Below are positions 1-16,898 of a stretch of DNA of 64,000 nucleotides, piece by piece. A program made the translations under genes and the position numbers. The notes under the pieces were generated by a model that saw only the letters and a list, made by a program, of their open reading frames with translations, made no database searches and was not told the origin of the DNA. Origin of the DNA: the human T2T-CHM13v2.0 reference genome, Homo sapiens; the NCBI RefSeq assembly GCF_009914755.1, contig NC_060932.1; one strand, written 5' to 3'. Position 1 is the stretch's first letter; every line of letters starts with the position of its first letter.

Positions 1-179
1 GCCTCCACCGGGATCCCCACCTCCCAGCCTGGCAGTTCCAGGCTCTGGTGACTCATTCACTTCCTGGAAGTCCTCTAGGCAACACTTTCCTCTCCCGAGT
101 GACGACTCCTCAGAAGGCAGGAGATCCCCCCCGGAAACCTTTCTCTCTCCGTCTCTCCCTCTAACTCAAATCTCTCATT

Positions 180-560
180 CCCGAGTCCAAACTAAGAGAG
201 ACTCGCGCCCCAGGAGTCAGCCAGCGGCGCGGGCGCCTTCCCCGCACGCCTCTGCCGTCTGGAGGACGCAGGCGGGAGCGCCCCGGACCGGGTTCACGGT
301 CTCGCACTCCTGCCGCCGGCGCCCCGCGGTCCCGCCCTAGCAGGCTCCTTCCCGGGCCCCTCCCCGCTCCCTCCTCTTTCTCGCTGCTCAGTCACATCTT
401 TCTCTTCCTTCCACCCCGAGGGACCATGTCGAGGCTCAGCTGGGGATACCGCGAGCACAACGGTGAGCGCCTTTTCCTGATCCAAGGGGGGGTTTGTGCG
501 GGGGACGAGAGGACTAGCGCGACGCCCCGGCGCTCGCTGACCACACACTGGGCTCGCACA
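180..560 (+). promoter_or_regulatory. CA13: CpG island / GC-rich promoter and 5' UTR of CA13
   Basis: Dense CpG and GC content (e.g. gcggcgcgggcgcc, gccgccggcgccccgcgg) around exon 1, against an AT-rich, CpG-poor background. The exact TSS cannot be read from sequence. Confidence 0.85.
426..462 (+). CDS. CA13: Carbonic anhydrase 13, coding exon 1 (MSRLSWGYREHNG)
   Basis: ATG in accATGt context; donor G|gtgagc at 463; typical alpha-CA N-terminal WGY motif. The joined exons total 789 nt = 262 aa + stop, matching human CA XIII as I recall it. Confidence 0.97.
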
Positions 561-2159
561 TTGAGAAACTTTTTCGGTTCCTCTTTAAGCAGCACTCCTG
601 GGAGCCCAGTGTGAGAAGCGGAGAGCAGTCTTGTCAGGGTAGACGGGTTGTTGGTGGTGGATGTGAGCGTTGGTGTGTGTTATCTCTGTCAGGATTCCCC
701 AAACTCCCAAGTGTTCATACGTGTGAGTTCACCTTCATCTGAAAAGCCAAGGACTTTGCCTAGTAACAGCCACGTATCAATTACAGGCTTGGAGATCAGA
801 AGTCTGATGACACACTTCAGTGAAATAAGGACAAGTTCGCTTTCAGTCTTTTAAGCTCACTATTCACTTAGGAGAAACAAATCATAGAAAATCTTTAAAA
901 ATATATTTAGGAAATCTTAACTTGCATTGTGACACTGAAGATTAAGTTGGCTTCGTGGCAAACAAAATACTGCATGTTTCCTAATAGTTGTTACTGTAAA
1001 TATTCCCACAGCAATTTGCAGTTGGCTGACTACTACTGGGGACTTTAGTAAGGGTTCAGGTTCTCGCTGGGAAATTAAGTTACATTGTGGGTTACTTCTC
1101 CACTCTTCTTCTCCACGCTCATCCTTGCAGGGTGAGCAAAGGATTACTGAAATTATAATTCATTGATAGAAATGTATTAATAGGATAAATAATAATGACA
1201 TACACTTTTCTTCTTGTATATCACACATTATCAAAAGTAAAACATTTTTTCTTGTTCCTACGTTAAACTGAACTGATTGTTTAAATAATAATTATTTGAA
1301 ATAATCGCAGTGACACCAAAAAGCCTTATAGTGAATAACTGTCAAAATTAAGGCTTAGTTTAGCCATTCCTCAATGTGCATATATTTCAAAACATCATGT
1401 TGTACACATAAATATATACAATTTTTGTCAATTTAAGAAGTAAATACATAATAAAGAAAAAAATTAAGGCTGTGAATAATAATGCTTTCCTTCTATTAGC
1501 ATGTACATGATTAAACAGTATAGAATGGTCAAATTTTATAGAAAGTTTAATTTCACAAACTAACAGAAAAATTCTATTTCTAATTGTAGCCTGTTTAATT
1601 TCTAATTGTAGCCTGTTTTTAAACATGCTAGTTTAAAAATGGCAGCAGGTGAAATTTATAACTTTAATAATAAAAGGTGTATAGTCAGATTTCTTCTTGA
1701 TTAAGGCCATAATTATAATCTTACATTTTGCTAATTTCCAGTGAATGTTTAGGGGGAAAATATGACAAATCTTTTTTCATTTCCCTCTCTGCTGAAGTCG
1801 TTTTTATTGGAGTTATTTAATAGTCATTGAATCCCAACTGCGCCTTTATGGTAGTTAGGAAGAAGAAGGGTATTTCAATCAATCAATCAATGGATATTGA
1901 TTACTCTTTAGTAGGTTAGAAATTATTCACCTGAATGAAGCTTATTTCAGCAATTTTAAAAATTCATCTTAGCAAAGCCATTAATAAGGAGTGATTTTGT
2001 ATTTCTGTTAGGAATTGTTCTGTTAGGAATTAGCCATTCCTTTCTTTTAGATGCGATCTCTCTCTGAAGACCACATCCTTACTTAAAGGTGTGGTCTTCA
2101 GAGAAAGATTGGGAAAATCCTATTGGAAATGTATTATATACTAACTAGGCAAGTTTTTT

Positions 2160-2462
2160 GTTTGTTTGTTTGTTGTTTTTGAGATGAGTCTTGCTCTGTT
2201 GCCCAGGCTGGAGTGCAGTGGCACTATCTTGGCTCACTGCCATCTCCCTCTCCTGGGTTCAAGCGATTCTCCAGCCTCAGCCCCACCAAGTAGCTGGGAT
2301 TATAGGCATGAGCCACCATGCCTGGCTAATTTTTGTATTTTTAGTAGAGACAAGGTTTCGTCATGTTGGCCAGGCTGGTCTAGAACTCCAGACCTCAAGT
2401 GATCTGCCTGCCTTGGCCTCCCAAAGTACTGGAATTACAGGCATGAGCCACAGCTCTGGGCC
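2160..2462 (-). mobile_element. Alu (S-type) with TSD aactaggcaagtttttt
   Basis: Full dimeric Alu in reverse; a direct repeat of about 17 bp on both sides. Confidence 0.93.
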
Positions 2463-2764
2463 TAACTAGGCAAGTTTTTTGTTTTTGTTTTTTTTTCTGT
2501 TTAAACATTGGTAAAACCAGTGACTGAGCAGATAAAAGGAAACTTAAGCTGGGAATAGCAACACTGATAAAATAAAACATCAAGACTTGAAGCCCTGAAA
2601 GGGTACTGCCTTCACAAATAACTTAGGATTCTTCCCCTAACCTTTGACTACTTTATTAGTTTAGTTTAGCGAATGTGACATCACTGAAAAGTGTATATCA
2701 CTGTAGGTATTTAAAAGTTCCTAAATCAGTTGAGCAACCACCACATATCTCTAATTAAGAATTA

Positions 2765-3165
<401 letters not shown>

Positions 3166-3809
3166 GGTCATGGGGGGGACAAGGAGAAGGAGGAGAGGAG
3201 GAAATTTTTTTTGGGAAGATTGAAAAAGGGGACCTCTTTAAGAGGCAGGGTACTGAACTGACTATGGTAGTTAGTAGATAATATTGGGAATGTGATACAA
3301 ACAATTATTACTTTTATTTTATTTTGGTTTGACTTCTTTTTAAAATAGTTCTGTTTATAAATGACTGGAAATAGGAGAGCAAAGCAATTAGGAGAAGAAA
3401 GCAACTCTATTGATTGGAAGAATGTCACCTGCATATTGTAACACATGCATTGCGCATTTGAAATTGAATTTTCGTTAGGTTAACTCTTACTTGGTGGCAG
3501 TGAAATAGAAGGCTTTTTCTGAATTAAGGGGGAAAAAAGTCTAGGTTATATATAGAAAAAGTACTCAGAAAGATGGTGAAAGTATTGAATAAAAAAGGCT
3601 TTTTCTGTAATACATTCTAAGCAAGGACTTCTGATGCTCAAGTGGCTTTGAAGTCCAGTTTGTCAGATGACATCTTTTAAGCTGAGTGTATAGTTATATA
3701 TTTATGCTATGACTTTTTGTGCCTGAAGCATATATGAAAGAATGTATGTATGTGTGAGTTCTCTTTTGCAAAAATGAGGCATAGTAAGCAGTATCAGATT
3801 TAGAGTTTG

Positions 3810-4103
3810 GGCCAGGCGTGGTGGCTCATGCCTGTAATCCCAACACTTCAGGAAGCTGAGACATGCGGATCACTTGAGCCCATGAGTTTGAGACCAGCCT
3901 ATAGTGAGACTTTCAACAAAAAAAAGTTTTTTATAAAAGTAGCTGGGTGTGGTGGTGCACACCTGTACTCTTAGCTACTTGGGAGGCTGAGGTGGAAGGA
4001 TTGTTTGAGTTTGGGAAGTTGAGGCTGCAGTGAGCTGAGATTACACCTCTGCATTCCAGCCTGGGTAACAGAGCAAGACCCTGTCTCAAAAAAAAAAAAA
4101 AAA
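3810..4103 (+). mobile_element. Alu (J-type)
   Basis: Dimeric Alu with A-tail; agatttaga on both flanks. Confidence 0.9.
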
Positions 4104-5333
4104 AGATTTAGAATTTTATGCTTTAAAGTTTGTTGATGATTGTGATATATTGCATTTCTTTAAATATTACTCTAAATTTTATCATTTTAAAATGTTTTTG
4201 GTTGTCGTTAGTAACAGGTTTAATTAATTGTCATGCTATGATGTTTTAATTAGTACTTGATTTTTAGTGAAAGATTGGTTAGCAAAGTAGGTGGGTAAAC
4301 CTTAGTCAGTAGCCCAGTGTAGGTGGTGATAGCTGTATAAATTTCAGGAATAGTAGAGAGAATAAGAACCTATAACCTATAAAGTGACTCACATCTGTAG
4401 AATGACATGGAACTTACGTGAAACTACAGCTTTGCTGCTGATTTTGAGAGGCAAGACTTTATAGAGTCTTCCAAAGAAGTGAAGAGGATTGAAAAGGGAA
4501 CTGTTAGCTGATTGGCTCGTTTCAATTTCCCTAACATGTCTGATTTGTGAACTTGATACGATTTTGACGTTTTTGAGTAGAGGACCAGGATGATACCTTT
4601 CTCTTGTGTTGAAATTCAAATGTAACATTGGCAAAATAACCATAGAAGAACCTTCTGAAATGAAGAAAGAGAGAAATAAATTACAATCTGACTCTACTGC
4701 AGATAATCAACAATATTACGTTTCCTGACATGGTGCAGCCATTTTATTTGGATTATCCTAGGTGAAAAATTTGTGTGTTTCCTTGGTATGCCTGTTGCAC
4801 ATCACAGGTAATTGAGTGGAGGCCTGAGTGACACTAGACGATAGCATTGAGTGATAGAAGGAAGAATAAAGAAGTAAGCACAGCATCTTTAAGAATGACA
4901 CCCTTTCTTTGCTTCATGGCTTTCTCAGCTTTTTTGACTCTTCCAATCTGCAAACTTGAACTCTGGAGCAATAGCTCATTTTTGGAGCTGAGACTGAATG
5001 TCATTGTTTTCAATGATGAGTTGTATTATTGTTTTTAGTTTGGTAGAAGGTTACCTTTGGAGAGTATTTTATAAAATTTACAGACTCTTGTCTACAAGGG
5101 TTACTTTAATTCTGAACATGACTTAAGGCACACCAAGAGTTTCCCACATCTATAATAAAAACAACTAATCTTGTAAAAAAAAACAATTAGATGCCAAGGT
5201 CCTGAGGACGAGAATCTCATTTTATTAATCTTTGCGTTTTCTTCAATTTCAAGCACAGTGTGTTATACTCAATGTATGTTTGTTGAAAGAAAGAACTTAT
5301 TTAATCCTTTTCTTTTGGTCCTATATATTTAAG

Positions 5334-5531
5334 GTCCTATTCACTGGAAGGAATTTTTCCCTATTGCTGATGGTGATCAGCAATCTCCAATTGAGATTAA
5401 AACCAAAGAAGTGAAATATGACTCTTCCCTCCGACCACTTAGTATCAAGTATGACCCAAGCTCAGCTAAAATCATCAGCAACAGCGGCCATTCCTTCAAT
5501 GTTGACTTTGATGACACAGAGAACAAATCAG
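5334..5531 (+). CDS. CA13: CA13 exon 2 (PIHWKEFFPIADGDQQSPIEI...NSGHSFNVDFDDTENKS)
   Basis: ttaag| acceptor and |gttggc donor; 198 nt, phase 1-1. Contains the QSPI motif and the proton-shuttle His (His64 in CA II numbering, GHSF). Confidence 0.97.
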
Positions 5532-5582
5532 GTTGGCTTTTCTTTTTTTGTGTGTGTGGTGGTGGATGAAGGGTTTGAATGA

Positions 5583-5890
<308 letters not shown>

Positions 5891-6517
5891 GAATACACTC
5901 TCTAATCTTTCATGTTTTGTTTTTGCTAGACCTGGAATTTGTCAAATTGAAGCATATTTTTCTTCGTGTGAATTAAGATATCTTGTTATATATTTGAACC
6001 TTCAGATAATCTTACCTTAAAATAATAAAGAGTATTTGGAAAAGGATATGTTGCATGATAATTTAAAATTGACCTTAGCTTGTTATTATAACTTCACTTA
6101 GCATTTACCATTATAAAAATATTAAAGTTTAATAGTTTTTATAGATATTTCATGATTTGTTTCTGCAAAGTTTTAGCCGTAATTATTTTAGCATTATTTG
6201 CAAACCTATAATGCCATTTAGTACATGCTTTAATAGAAAAAGTTTAGTTTAAAAAAAACTTATTCTCTTATTTTAATTGCCAAAGTAATATCCACTCATA
6301 GTAAATGAAACAATATGGAAACATATAACAAATATTAATGTCTCTTTCTTCCCACAGTCTCTCCTGAAGTAACTAATGTTATTTCTTCCATAATATTTCG
6401 GTGCTTAGTTATGTATACATACATGTGTATCATCCTTGTTTTGCATTTTCTTATTAAAAATACATTTGGAATAATGCTATATAACTCTGAATTTTTTTCT
6501 TGTTTAAAAATATTTTA

Positions 6518-6870
<353 letters not shown>

Positions 6871-7421
6871 AATTTTAAAAGTTGAATTGTATTAGCTATG
6901 CTTGTATCGTAATTTATGTACCATTCTCCTAACAATGGACATTGAAGGGAGGGAAAGTAGAAGTTTAATTTTTTTAAAAAAATAAATATATGAAACTTTT
7001 TTACTGTATATTCCCTATTAGTACTTTTTCTAGAACACGTAATCATTTCGTTTAATGATTAGTTCTTGGGATAGTGTCTTTCACACCATGAATAAATAAT
7101 GGACTTATAGATTATTTGTTAATTTATTAAATAAGTGATGAAAAAACATTTTATTGAAGTGAATGTTTAATCCTTCTTCAGACTATCTACTGCCCAAGCA
7201 GAGATTCTGCCCAAGGTATCAAGTTTAAATGTAAGATGAGATAAAATATTAGAGAGAATCATATTTGGAAACACTTTTTAGGGCCTCTGACAGATTGTTT
7301 TTATTTTTAATCTAAGATCAGGATGATGCTGTATTTGCTCTATTAATGAAAAAATATAGTTAATTTTTAAAAATCCTTAATTGAAAGAAAGTTTTTACTT
7401 ATTAATTGAGCCCAGATTTAG

Positions 7422-8141
<720 letters not shown>

Positions 8142-8537
8142 TAAGTAGTACATTTTCATCAAAGCATTGTAAAAAATGCATAAAGACAAATAAATACATG
8201 GTATTTTCAACTTTTCGGAGGAAATGCCAAGTAAGGAGGGACCTGGCCTTTTATATACATGTTCAACTATATTTCTTTCAACCCCTCAGTTTTGTGAATC
8301 TATGTTAATAAAAGTGGTTAAGCCAGGCATGCTGACACACACTGGTAGACCCCGCTACTGGGGAAGGAGGATGATTAGTTAGGCCCAGGAGTTTGAGGGC
8401 AGCTGGGCAACATAGGGAGACCCCATCTCTTGCGGTTAATGTAATAGATATATTGTAAAAGTGTCCAAGTCTTCTAAATACAAAGTTTATACCACATAAG
8501 TGTAGTTTGTTACTGTTTACAATATGTCAAACATTTA

Positions 8538-8888
<351 letters not shown>

Positions 8889-9857
8889 CTACCCATTCCT
8901 CATTTTAGAATGAGAAATGATTATATTTTACTTCATCTAAAACTTTAAGTATATTTTTTATAAATGTAGACATTCATAGTGTAAAAATTTTCTGCTCTAA
9001 TTTGCTCTATGAGAACCCAGGTTTCTCTCTCTCTCTCTTCTGTTTTTCTCTTCCTTTCATTTTCCTTCTACTTCGGGTTAATCAGTGAAATCAATTTATG
9101 TTTCCAGATTTGACACTTAGTCATCAGTAGTGTGTGCTCTTTCTTTTAAATGAAGATCCTTTTCCTATCTAGTTCACAATAAAATTACCAGGATTAATTG
9201 AAAATATCCATAAAGTACTTTGTAGTCCTCTGAAACAGTAGCTATGTAAATATGGGTCATGATTCTTATTCTTTTTTTCTCAAGATAAACCAAAAGAGAT
9301 TGTTTCATGGTGATTTGGGAGATTAAATCAATTAAAAAGAAGAAACCACCATAGTTAAACAAGTTTTTTTTTTTTTTTTTTTGGTTTTGTTTTTTTTTTA
9401 TTTTTGGTAAACTATAAAAAACACAAAGATACTTTCTGTAGCAAACCACATTAATTTGAATAAAACAGTTTCCATTTTGTAAAGAAGCCATTTTTGACCA
9501 GGATTAACCCTGAATCCCACCTCAGGCATGTCAATAAACCACAGGCATGAAATCTTCCTCATAGTTCTTGGAGGGCGTGTTTGGCTGGACACATCCATGC
9601 TCCATAGTTAAACCTTTAGAGAACTACCCAAAAATCCTTTCAAAAGGGAGTAAAAGGGAGGAGGTGGATGTGAAATTTTTCCCTTCCTTCCTCCTCCTTC
9701 TTCTTCTCTCTCTCTCTCATTCTTTCTTTCTTTTCTTGACTTTCTTTGTTCTCAGGCTGGAATGCAGCTGCCCAGCCATAACTCATTGAAGCCCGGAACT
9801 CCTGGGCTCAAGTGCTTCTCCCCACTTGGTTGCACACTACCATGCCTAGCTCATGAA

Positions 9858-10274
9858 TTTTTTTTTTTTTTTTTAAGACAAGATCTCACTCTGTCACCCA
9901 GGCTAGAGTGCAGTGGTGCAATCTCAGCTCACTACAACCTCTGCCTCCTGGGTTCAAGTGATTCTTCCACCTCAGCCTCCTGAGTAGCTGGGATTACAGG
10001 CGCACGTCACCATGCCCAACTAATTTTTTGTATTTTTAGTAGAGACAGGGTTTCGCCATGTTGGTCAAGCTGGTCTGGAACTCCTGGCATTTTTAGTAGA
10101 GACAGGGTTTTGCCATGTTGGTCAAGCTGGTCTCGAACTCCTGGCGTTTTTAGTAGAGACAGGGTTTCGCCATGTTGGTCAAGCTGATCTCGAACTCCTG
10201 GCCTCAAGTAATCCACCCGCCTTGGCCTCCCAAAGTGCTGGGATTATAGGCATGAGTCACTGTGCCATGCCTGG
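9858..10274 (-). mobile_element. Alu with an internal 3 x 57-bp tandem expansion
   Basis: Reverse Alu in which the unit ttttagtagagacagggtt...aactcctggc is repeated at 10032, 10089 and 10146. Confidence 0.92.
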
Positions 10275-12033
10275 CTCATGAAATTCTTTAGGAAGACTTC
10301 CAATTGGCTGTAATATACAGGGGAAATAGTAGTTTGAAGAAGAAAGACAAGGCTGTTCTCACCTGAGCTCCTGGTCTTTCTGGACTCAAACAGTATCTCG
10401 CTGCTTTGGGAACCTCACCTGAGGCCCTACCACCCTTGCTGTGGCTCCCAGGGCATTCTGGAATTTTCCTAACACAGAACTCTCCACATTATGTTGTAAC
10501 TGCTAGTTGGCTTCTCTGTCTTTCCATTTAGCTAAAGCTCTCTATGAGCAACAACTATGTCTTACTTACCTACCTAGCATGGTGCCTGGCACATGGTAGG
10601 TGCTCAATACATGTGTGTTTAAGTTACAAAAAAAAAAAAAAAACTTGTATGACGGAAAGACATGGAAAATACCATGACATAGCATTGGGATGCCTTAGCA
10701 TACATAGATTAACTCTCGATAAAATTACAAACCACCAGAAATCAATTAATATTTGCCGTTTAACACTTAAATAGTTAAACATTATTCATTGCTGGAACCT
10801 TTATTTTTAAAAAATTTGTGGTACTAATTTTTGTATTTTATAAATGAAATAGTTCTTGGATTATAGTAGGCGCTCAATAACAATTAGTAACTACTACTAC
10901 TAACAATAATGGTGTGTGTTCTTTTTGTGGATAAAATATGTGTGCTGAAATTTTAAAAAGATATCAAAAAGAAAGTTGTCTTCTGATTAAGAAAGTCCTG
11001 CTAGGAAGAGCAGTAACTTGATGAATTCAGTGATCGTTCTTTAATTTTCATCTCTAGAAAATGCCAATTTCTCAGTTATGCTTCCATTATCTAGTTCTAG
11101 GTAACTGCCTGAAGTCAAACAAATTATTCACAAGATCTTACACTATATATTCTTAAAACAAAAACAAAAACAAACAACAAACAGAAAAAGATTTAGTAGG
11201 TGGACATACCATAGGTGTATAATCCCCCCAGGAGCCAAGATAGCTAGGAAATGAATTGGTAACCTATGACAATGTGACAATTATATAAAGCTCTATTATG
11301 ATTATTTGTTTCCTTCACTAGACTAAGTTTCTTAAGGATAAGGACAAACTTGTTTATCATTGCATATTTAGTATTGAATAATTGCTAGCCCATCGTAAGC
11401 TCTTAATGATTGTTGAATGAGAGAGTAGCTTGGTGTGTATATGCTCTGAGTAAAATAAGCCAGATTTAATGAAGGTTCTTCTGGCTTCCTAAATAATACA
11501 AGGTCCTACTGAGTGGGAACATCTGTGTCCTTTGGTTTCTCTCTCTCTCTCCCTCTCTGTCTTTGTCTTGGTATAATCCTGGCAGATTTGTGCTCTTGGC
11601 TCTTGTTTCTCTAGATTCCAAGCAAATTGCAGATGTGCTGTTCATGTATCTTTACTTCAGAGAACAAGTTTACCATAAAGTGATTATTCTCAGGTTCACT
11701 AGTCCTAAGAACTTAGTTTTTAGTGATTCCCGGTAACTTCAGTAGCATCCCTACAAACTAAAGTTTGTGGAAGAGTGCTTTAACAGGTGAGGTCTCTTAT
11801 TTTATCTTGGTAATATTAATTGATTCAAGTACTCTCTGGGCACTGGAGATACAGGGGACCAAAACAGTTTCTGCCTTAAAGGAATTTGTATCCTAATTAG
11901 CAGAGAGTAAATGCGTGAGCAAACAGATCCTGTTGCCAGCTTGCTTGTCATTCAAGACAGCTGACTACAGTGTAGTTTAGGAAAATGGCCAGGGTTAGCA
12001 AATTACCAACAATTTTTAAAAAGTCAAATTTAA

Positions 12034-12812
<779 letters not shown>

Positions 12813-13249
12813 TGATTCTCCCATATGCTTTAAACATGCCCAATAAAGATTAATTAGGATGAGACAATTTAGGACTATGTTTTCTATTAAGAAGCTTTTC
12901 TATATACTTAAGATATGATTTATTGTCATAGTTTTAGAGATCATATTTACTGAGGAAATTACTCAAATGTACTTTGTCAAAGTGACAAAGATATGACAGA
13001 TTTTTGAAAAATTATTTTTGTCCTATATTTCACATTTCCCCAAGAATATAGAATTTAAGGACAAAAGGTATGCTTGCTTTGCCTGTTTTTACAGTAAAAA
13101 ACTGTGTTGATTGTGTTGACTGTGTGTCAGGTAGTAATAAGTGCTTTGTGTTCAATTTTTCTTCTGTTTTAATGACAGCATTAGGAGGAGGTCCCATTAC
13201 TATCTTGTTTTTACACTTGGAAGATAAAGCTTAGAAGTTAGGGTTTGTT

Positions 13250-13353
13250 GCCAGGTGTGGTAGCTCATGCCTGTAATCCTAGCACTTTGGGAGGATCGCT
13301 TGAGGCCAGGAGTTTGAGACCAGCCTGGATAACATAGTGAGGCCCTGTCTCTA

Positions 13354-13389
<36 letters not shown>

Positions 13390-13540
13390 TGAGTGTAGTG
13401 GTGCATACCTGTAGTTCTAGCTACTTGGGAGGCTAAAGTGGGAGGATGACTTGAACCCAGAAGTTAGAGGTTGCAGTGAGCCGTGATTGCATCAGCTTAG
13501 GCAACAGGGCGAGACCTTGTCTCAAGGAAAAAAAAAAAAG
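13250..13540 (+). mobile_element. Alu (J-type) with an expanded middle A-tract
   Basis: Alu consensus; about 30 A between the arms. Confidence 0.88.
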
Positions 13541-14017
13541 AAGTTAGAGTTTGTTCAAGATCACATAATTAGGAAAAGACAGCATGAGTGTAGGCCTTCT
13601 AACTGCTGAAGCCTGTGCTCAAACCACAATGCTGCACTGCTCTACCAAGCTCAAACTGGACCTGTCTGCATGTCACATCCTTATTCAGACAGGCTGACTT
13701 ATCCTCAGGTAAACACAACCATTCCTTACCTTTCAGAAGTCCTAATTTCTATGCCTTTCTAACCAGTATGTCTGTTACGATTTCCCAGGTGTTCCATAAA
13801 AATCTGTATTGTGGATGCTTTAAGCTTTTAAAAATGTTCTATTTTCAATCTACACATATTTAAAAGTGGTATTCTTGTCAGCAAAGCAAATGACACATTT
13901 GTAAAAAATTCCTTGGAGGACATGGATGTATGGAGTAATTCAGGGAGATGTTGTGGTTTGAGCAGCTTATGTAAATATTTTTTCCTTGCTAACAATATAA
14001 AACATGTTGTTGTTTAG

Positions 14018-14136
14018 TTCTGCGTGGTGGTCCTCTCACTGGAAGCTACAGGTTACGGCAGGTTCACCTTCACTGGGGGTCCGCTGATGACCACGGCTCC
14101 GAGCACATAGTAGATGGAGTGAGCTATGCTGCAGAG
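14018..14136 (+). CDS. CA13: CA13 exon 3 ([40 protein letters not shown])
   Basis: tttag| acceptor and |gtaagc donor. Contains the Zn-binding HxH and the GSEH motif of alpha-CAs. Confidence 0.97.
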
Positions 14137-14299
14137 GTAAGCCATAAGACATACCTGTGATTCACAGTTTTCCCACATGGTGGGATTTAAGGGGTACAGA
14201 GACAACTTTACTGATTCCAAATAGATCCTGAGCCAATTAGGTATCTTAGTGTCTGAAACTGCTTTATTCATTCAATATGAGAGTTTATGAATATGAGAG

Positions 14300-14465
14300 C
14301 TTCAGATGTTGCCCTCCTAAGCGTTAAACCAACCCTGAGAGCTTAGGGTTATATGTTCCCATTTTAGACATAAGTAAACTGGTTGCTGGAGAGATTAAGT
14401 AATTTATCCAGCTAGGAAGCATTGAGACAGGTTTAAATCTAGATCTGTCTGATATCAAATTACAA
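14300..14465 (-). mobile_element. MIR fragment
   Basis: cccattttagacataagtaaact...gattaagtaattt resembles the MIR core. Confidence 0.55.
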
Positions 14466-16021
14466 ATTGTTTCTATCTACTGAAAGGCCAGTGAGAAGAG
14501 AGAGAAAGAAACATTTGTCTTAGTCCAAATGTGGTCATATTTCATCCAGATACAAATATCCACTAATATGTAAAGACCACATTAAATAGGTAATATTTAA
14601 ATAGGTAAATGGCAAAGTTTCACTGAGGAAAAAAAAAAAGACAAACTCTTCTAAACTCTACTTTATCTCTATATTTACAGGTATAAAATAAAAATCTGTT
14701 ATTCAGTTTATTGGTAAATCATAACACAATAAAGCATTCATTGAGTTGTTTCTACTCCTTTTTCCTTATAATTGTATTCACTAATAATACTCTGTGCAGG
14801 ATCTGGATTAAAAAATGCTCTACTTTTTTTAATCCTTTGGTTAAAGAACAAAGCATAATAAGCTTCAAGTTTAATATGATTAAATATTACTAACACCCAA
14901 CTTTACCATGAGATGAAAGTGAATTATATGACTCAATCAATACTATTCACGTGAAAATAATTTGGTTTCTGAGTCGCCTAGGCAAGACAGAGCTAAGTTA
15001 TCAGGCAAGTGCAATTTTTCTTCATGTTCTCATGGTTACTGAGCTGTAGAGTTTAGATGCCCTGTATAGCCCTGCTGTTCAGAGAAATCCGACAATCAGA
15101 ACTTTTTTCCAGTTTCACTCTTCCATTGACATGTACCTCTGCCCTTTCAGGTTATCATCTGAAATGTTTGCTTTGCCACTAAATCACTTGTGTTTGAGGC
15201 CAAGTAGCTTTAGAGTATGGAACCTGCTCTGTCCTCAGGGTAGAGAAATAAAATGTACGTACAAAGTTTTTTATGATGGTGGACAAACTTTGTCTAGAAG
15301 GTAGAAAGTGGGACTGCTGAATTTGTATGGTGTCTCAATTTGCATCATTTACCAAATAGTTTTCATGTTTGCTTTCTAAAGTTTTATGTTCTGAATATAA
15401 CATGTTCTAAATGTCCAAAGCGCCCTCGGAACTAATTATTGGTTGCTTTGGATCACTGGTCTCTCATTTTCCTTACCAACTCAGGAAAATTGGTCAAAAT
15501 GCTGTGTGTGGTTACACCTTGTACTTTAATAAACTTGAAAGTACTACATACTCAGAGAGGCTTAGGTTTTCTGCCAGCTGGCAAGTAGTTTCCTGAAAAG
15601 GGTCCTCCTGACATATGTCAGAGGCTCAGAGTCCTTACCTGCAGATCAAGGGCCATTTTTGTAGACAAAGACTTTTTTTTTGTTGTTGTTCTGCAATAAA
15701 TAATTATCTTTTATTTATTTATTTATTTTAAAGCAAACCAGTGAAGGAAAGGACCAAAACCTTTGGTTCACTTATGTATTTATAAATGGAAAAAATTTAT
15801 AATGCAAATTTCACTTATTAAAAAACTTAGGTACAACTTACAACATTACAGATAATTATTTTCCCTTCTTTTGTTTCACATGGAGACCTTGGAGACTCAA
15901 TTCATGTTAAGACACCTAAGTATGAGTCCTCCAGGTAAATATTACACAAATCAGAAGCATCTTGGAATTTTTAAGTATATTTTAAGACATACATTTTTAT
16001 GCATGCTTTAAACAAACAGTA

Positions 16022-16322
<301 letters not shown>

Positions 16323-16436
16323 AGTGTATATATATATATATGTTTGTTTGTTTTTAAATGAGAGAATCTAACAAAGAAACTATGACCAGCACCAGCATTT
16401 AAAGATAAAGCTTTGTGGATAAAGCTTGGAATAGAT

Positions 16437-16898
16437 TTTCTTTTTTCTTTCTTTTTCTTTGAGACAGGCTCTCGATCTGTTGCCCAGGCTAGAGTGCCAT
16501 GGTACAAACATGGCTCACTGTAGCTTTGACCTCCTGGGTTCAAGGGATCCTCCCACCTTAGCCTCCAGAGCAACTGGGACCACAGGTGGGCACCACTACA
16601 TCTGGCTAATTATTTTTTATAGAGACAGAGTCTGGCCATCTTGCCTAGGCTGGTCTGAAACTCCTTGAATGCATATTAAAGAACAGTATACAATTCCAAG
16701 GGTGGGTGCAGTGGCTCATGCCTGTAATCCCAGCCCAGGAGTTTCAGACCAGCCTAGGCAAGATGGCCAGACTCTGTCAATGAAATAAGAAATAGCCTTG
16801 AATGCATATTAAAGAACAGTATATAATTCCAAGGTTGGGTGCAGTGGCTCCTGCCTGTAATCCCAGCACTTTGGGAGGCCAAGGAGGGATGATTGCTT
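16437..16898. mobile_element. Rearranged AluJ: inverted 3' part plus duplicated 5' head
   Basis: Reverse Alu at 16437-16665 lacks its 5' end; + Alu heads at about 16700 and 16833; see findings. Confidence 0.8.

Noticed and set aside
426-614. 62-aa ORF from the CA13 ATG
   Set aside because: This is exon 1 read through into intron 1; the real frame splices at 462.
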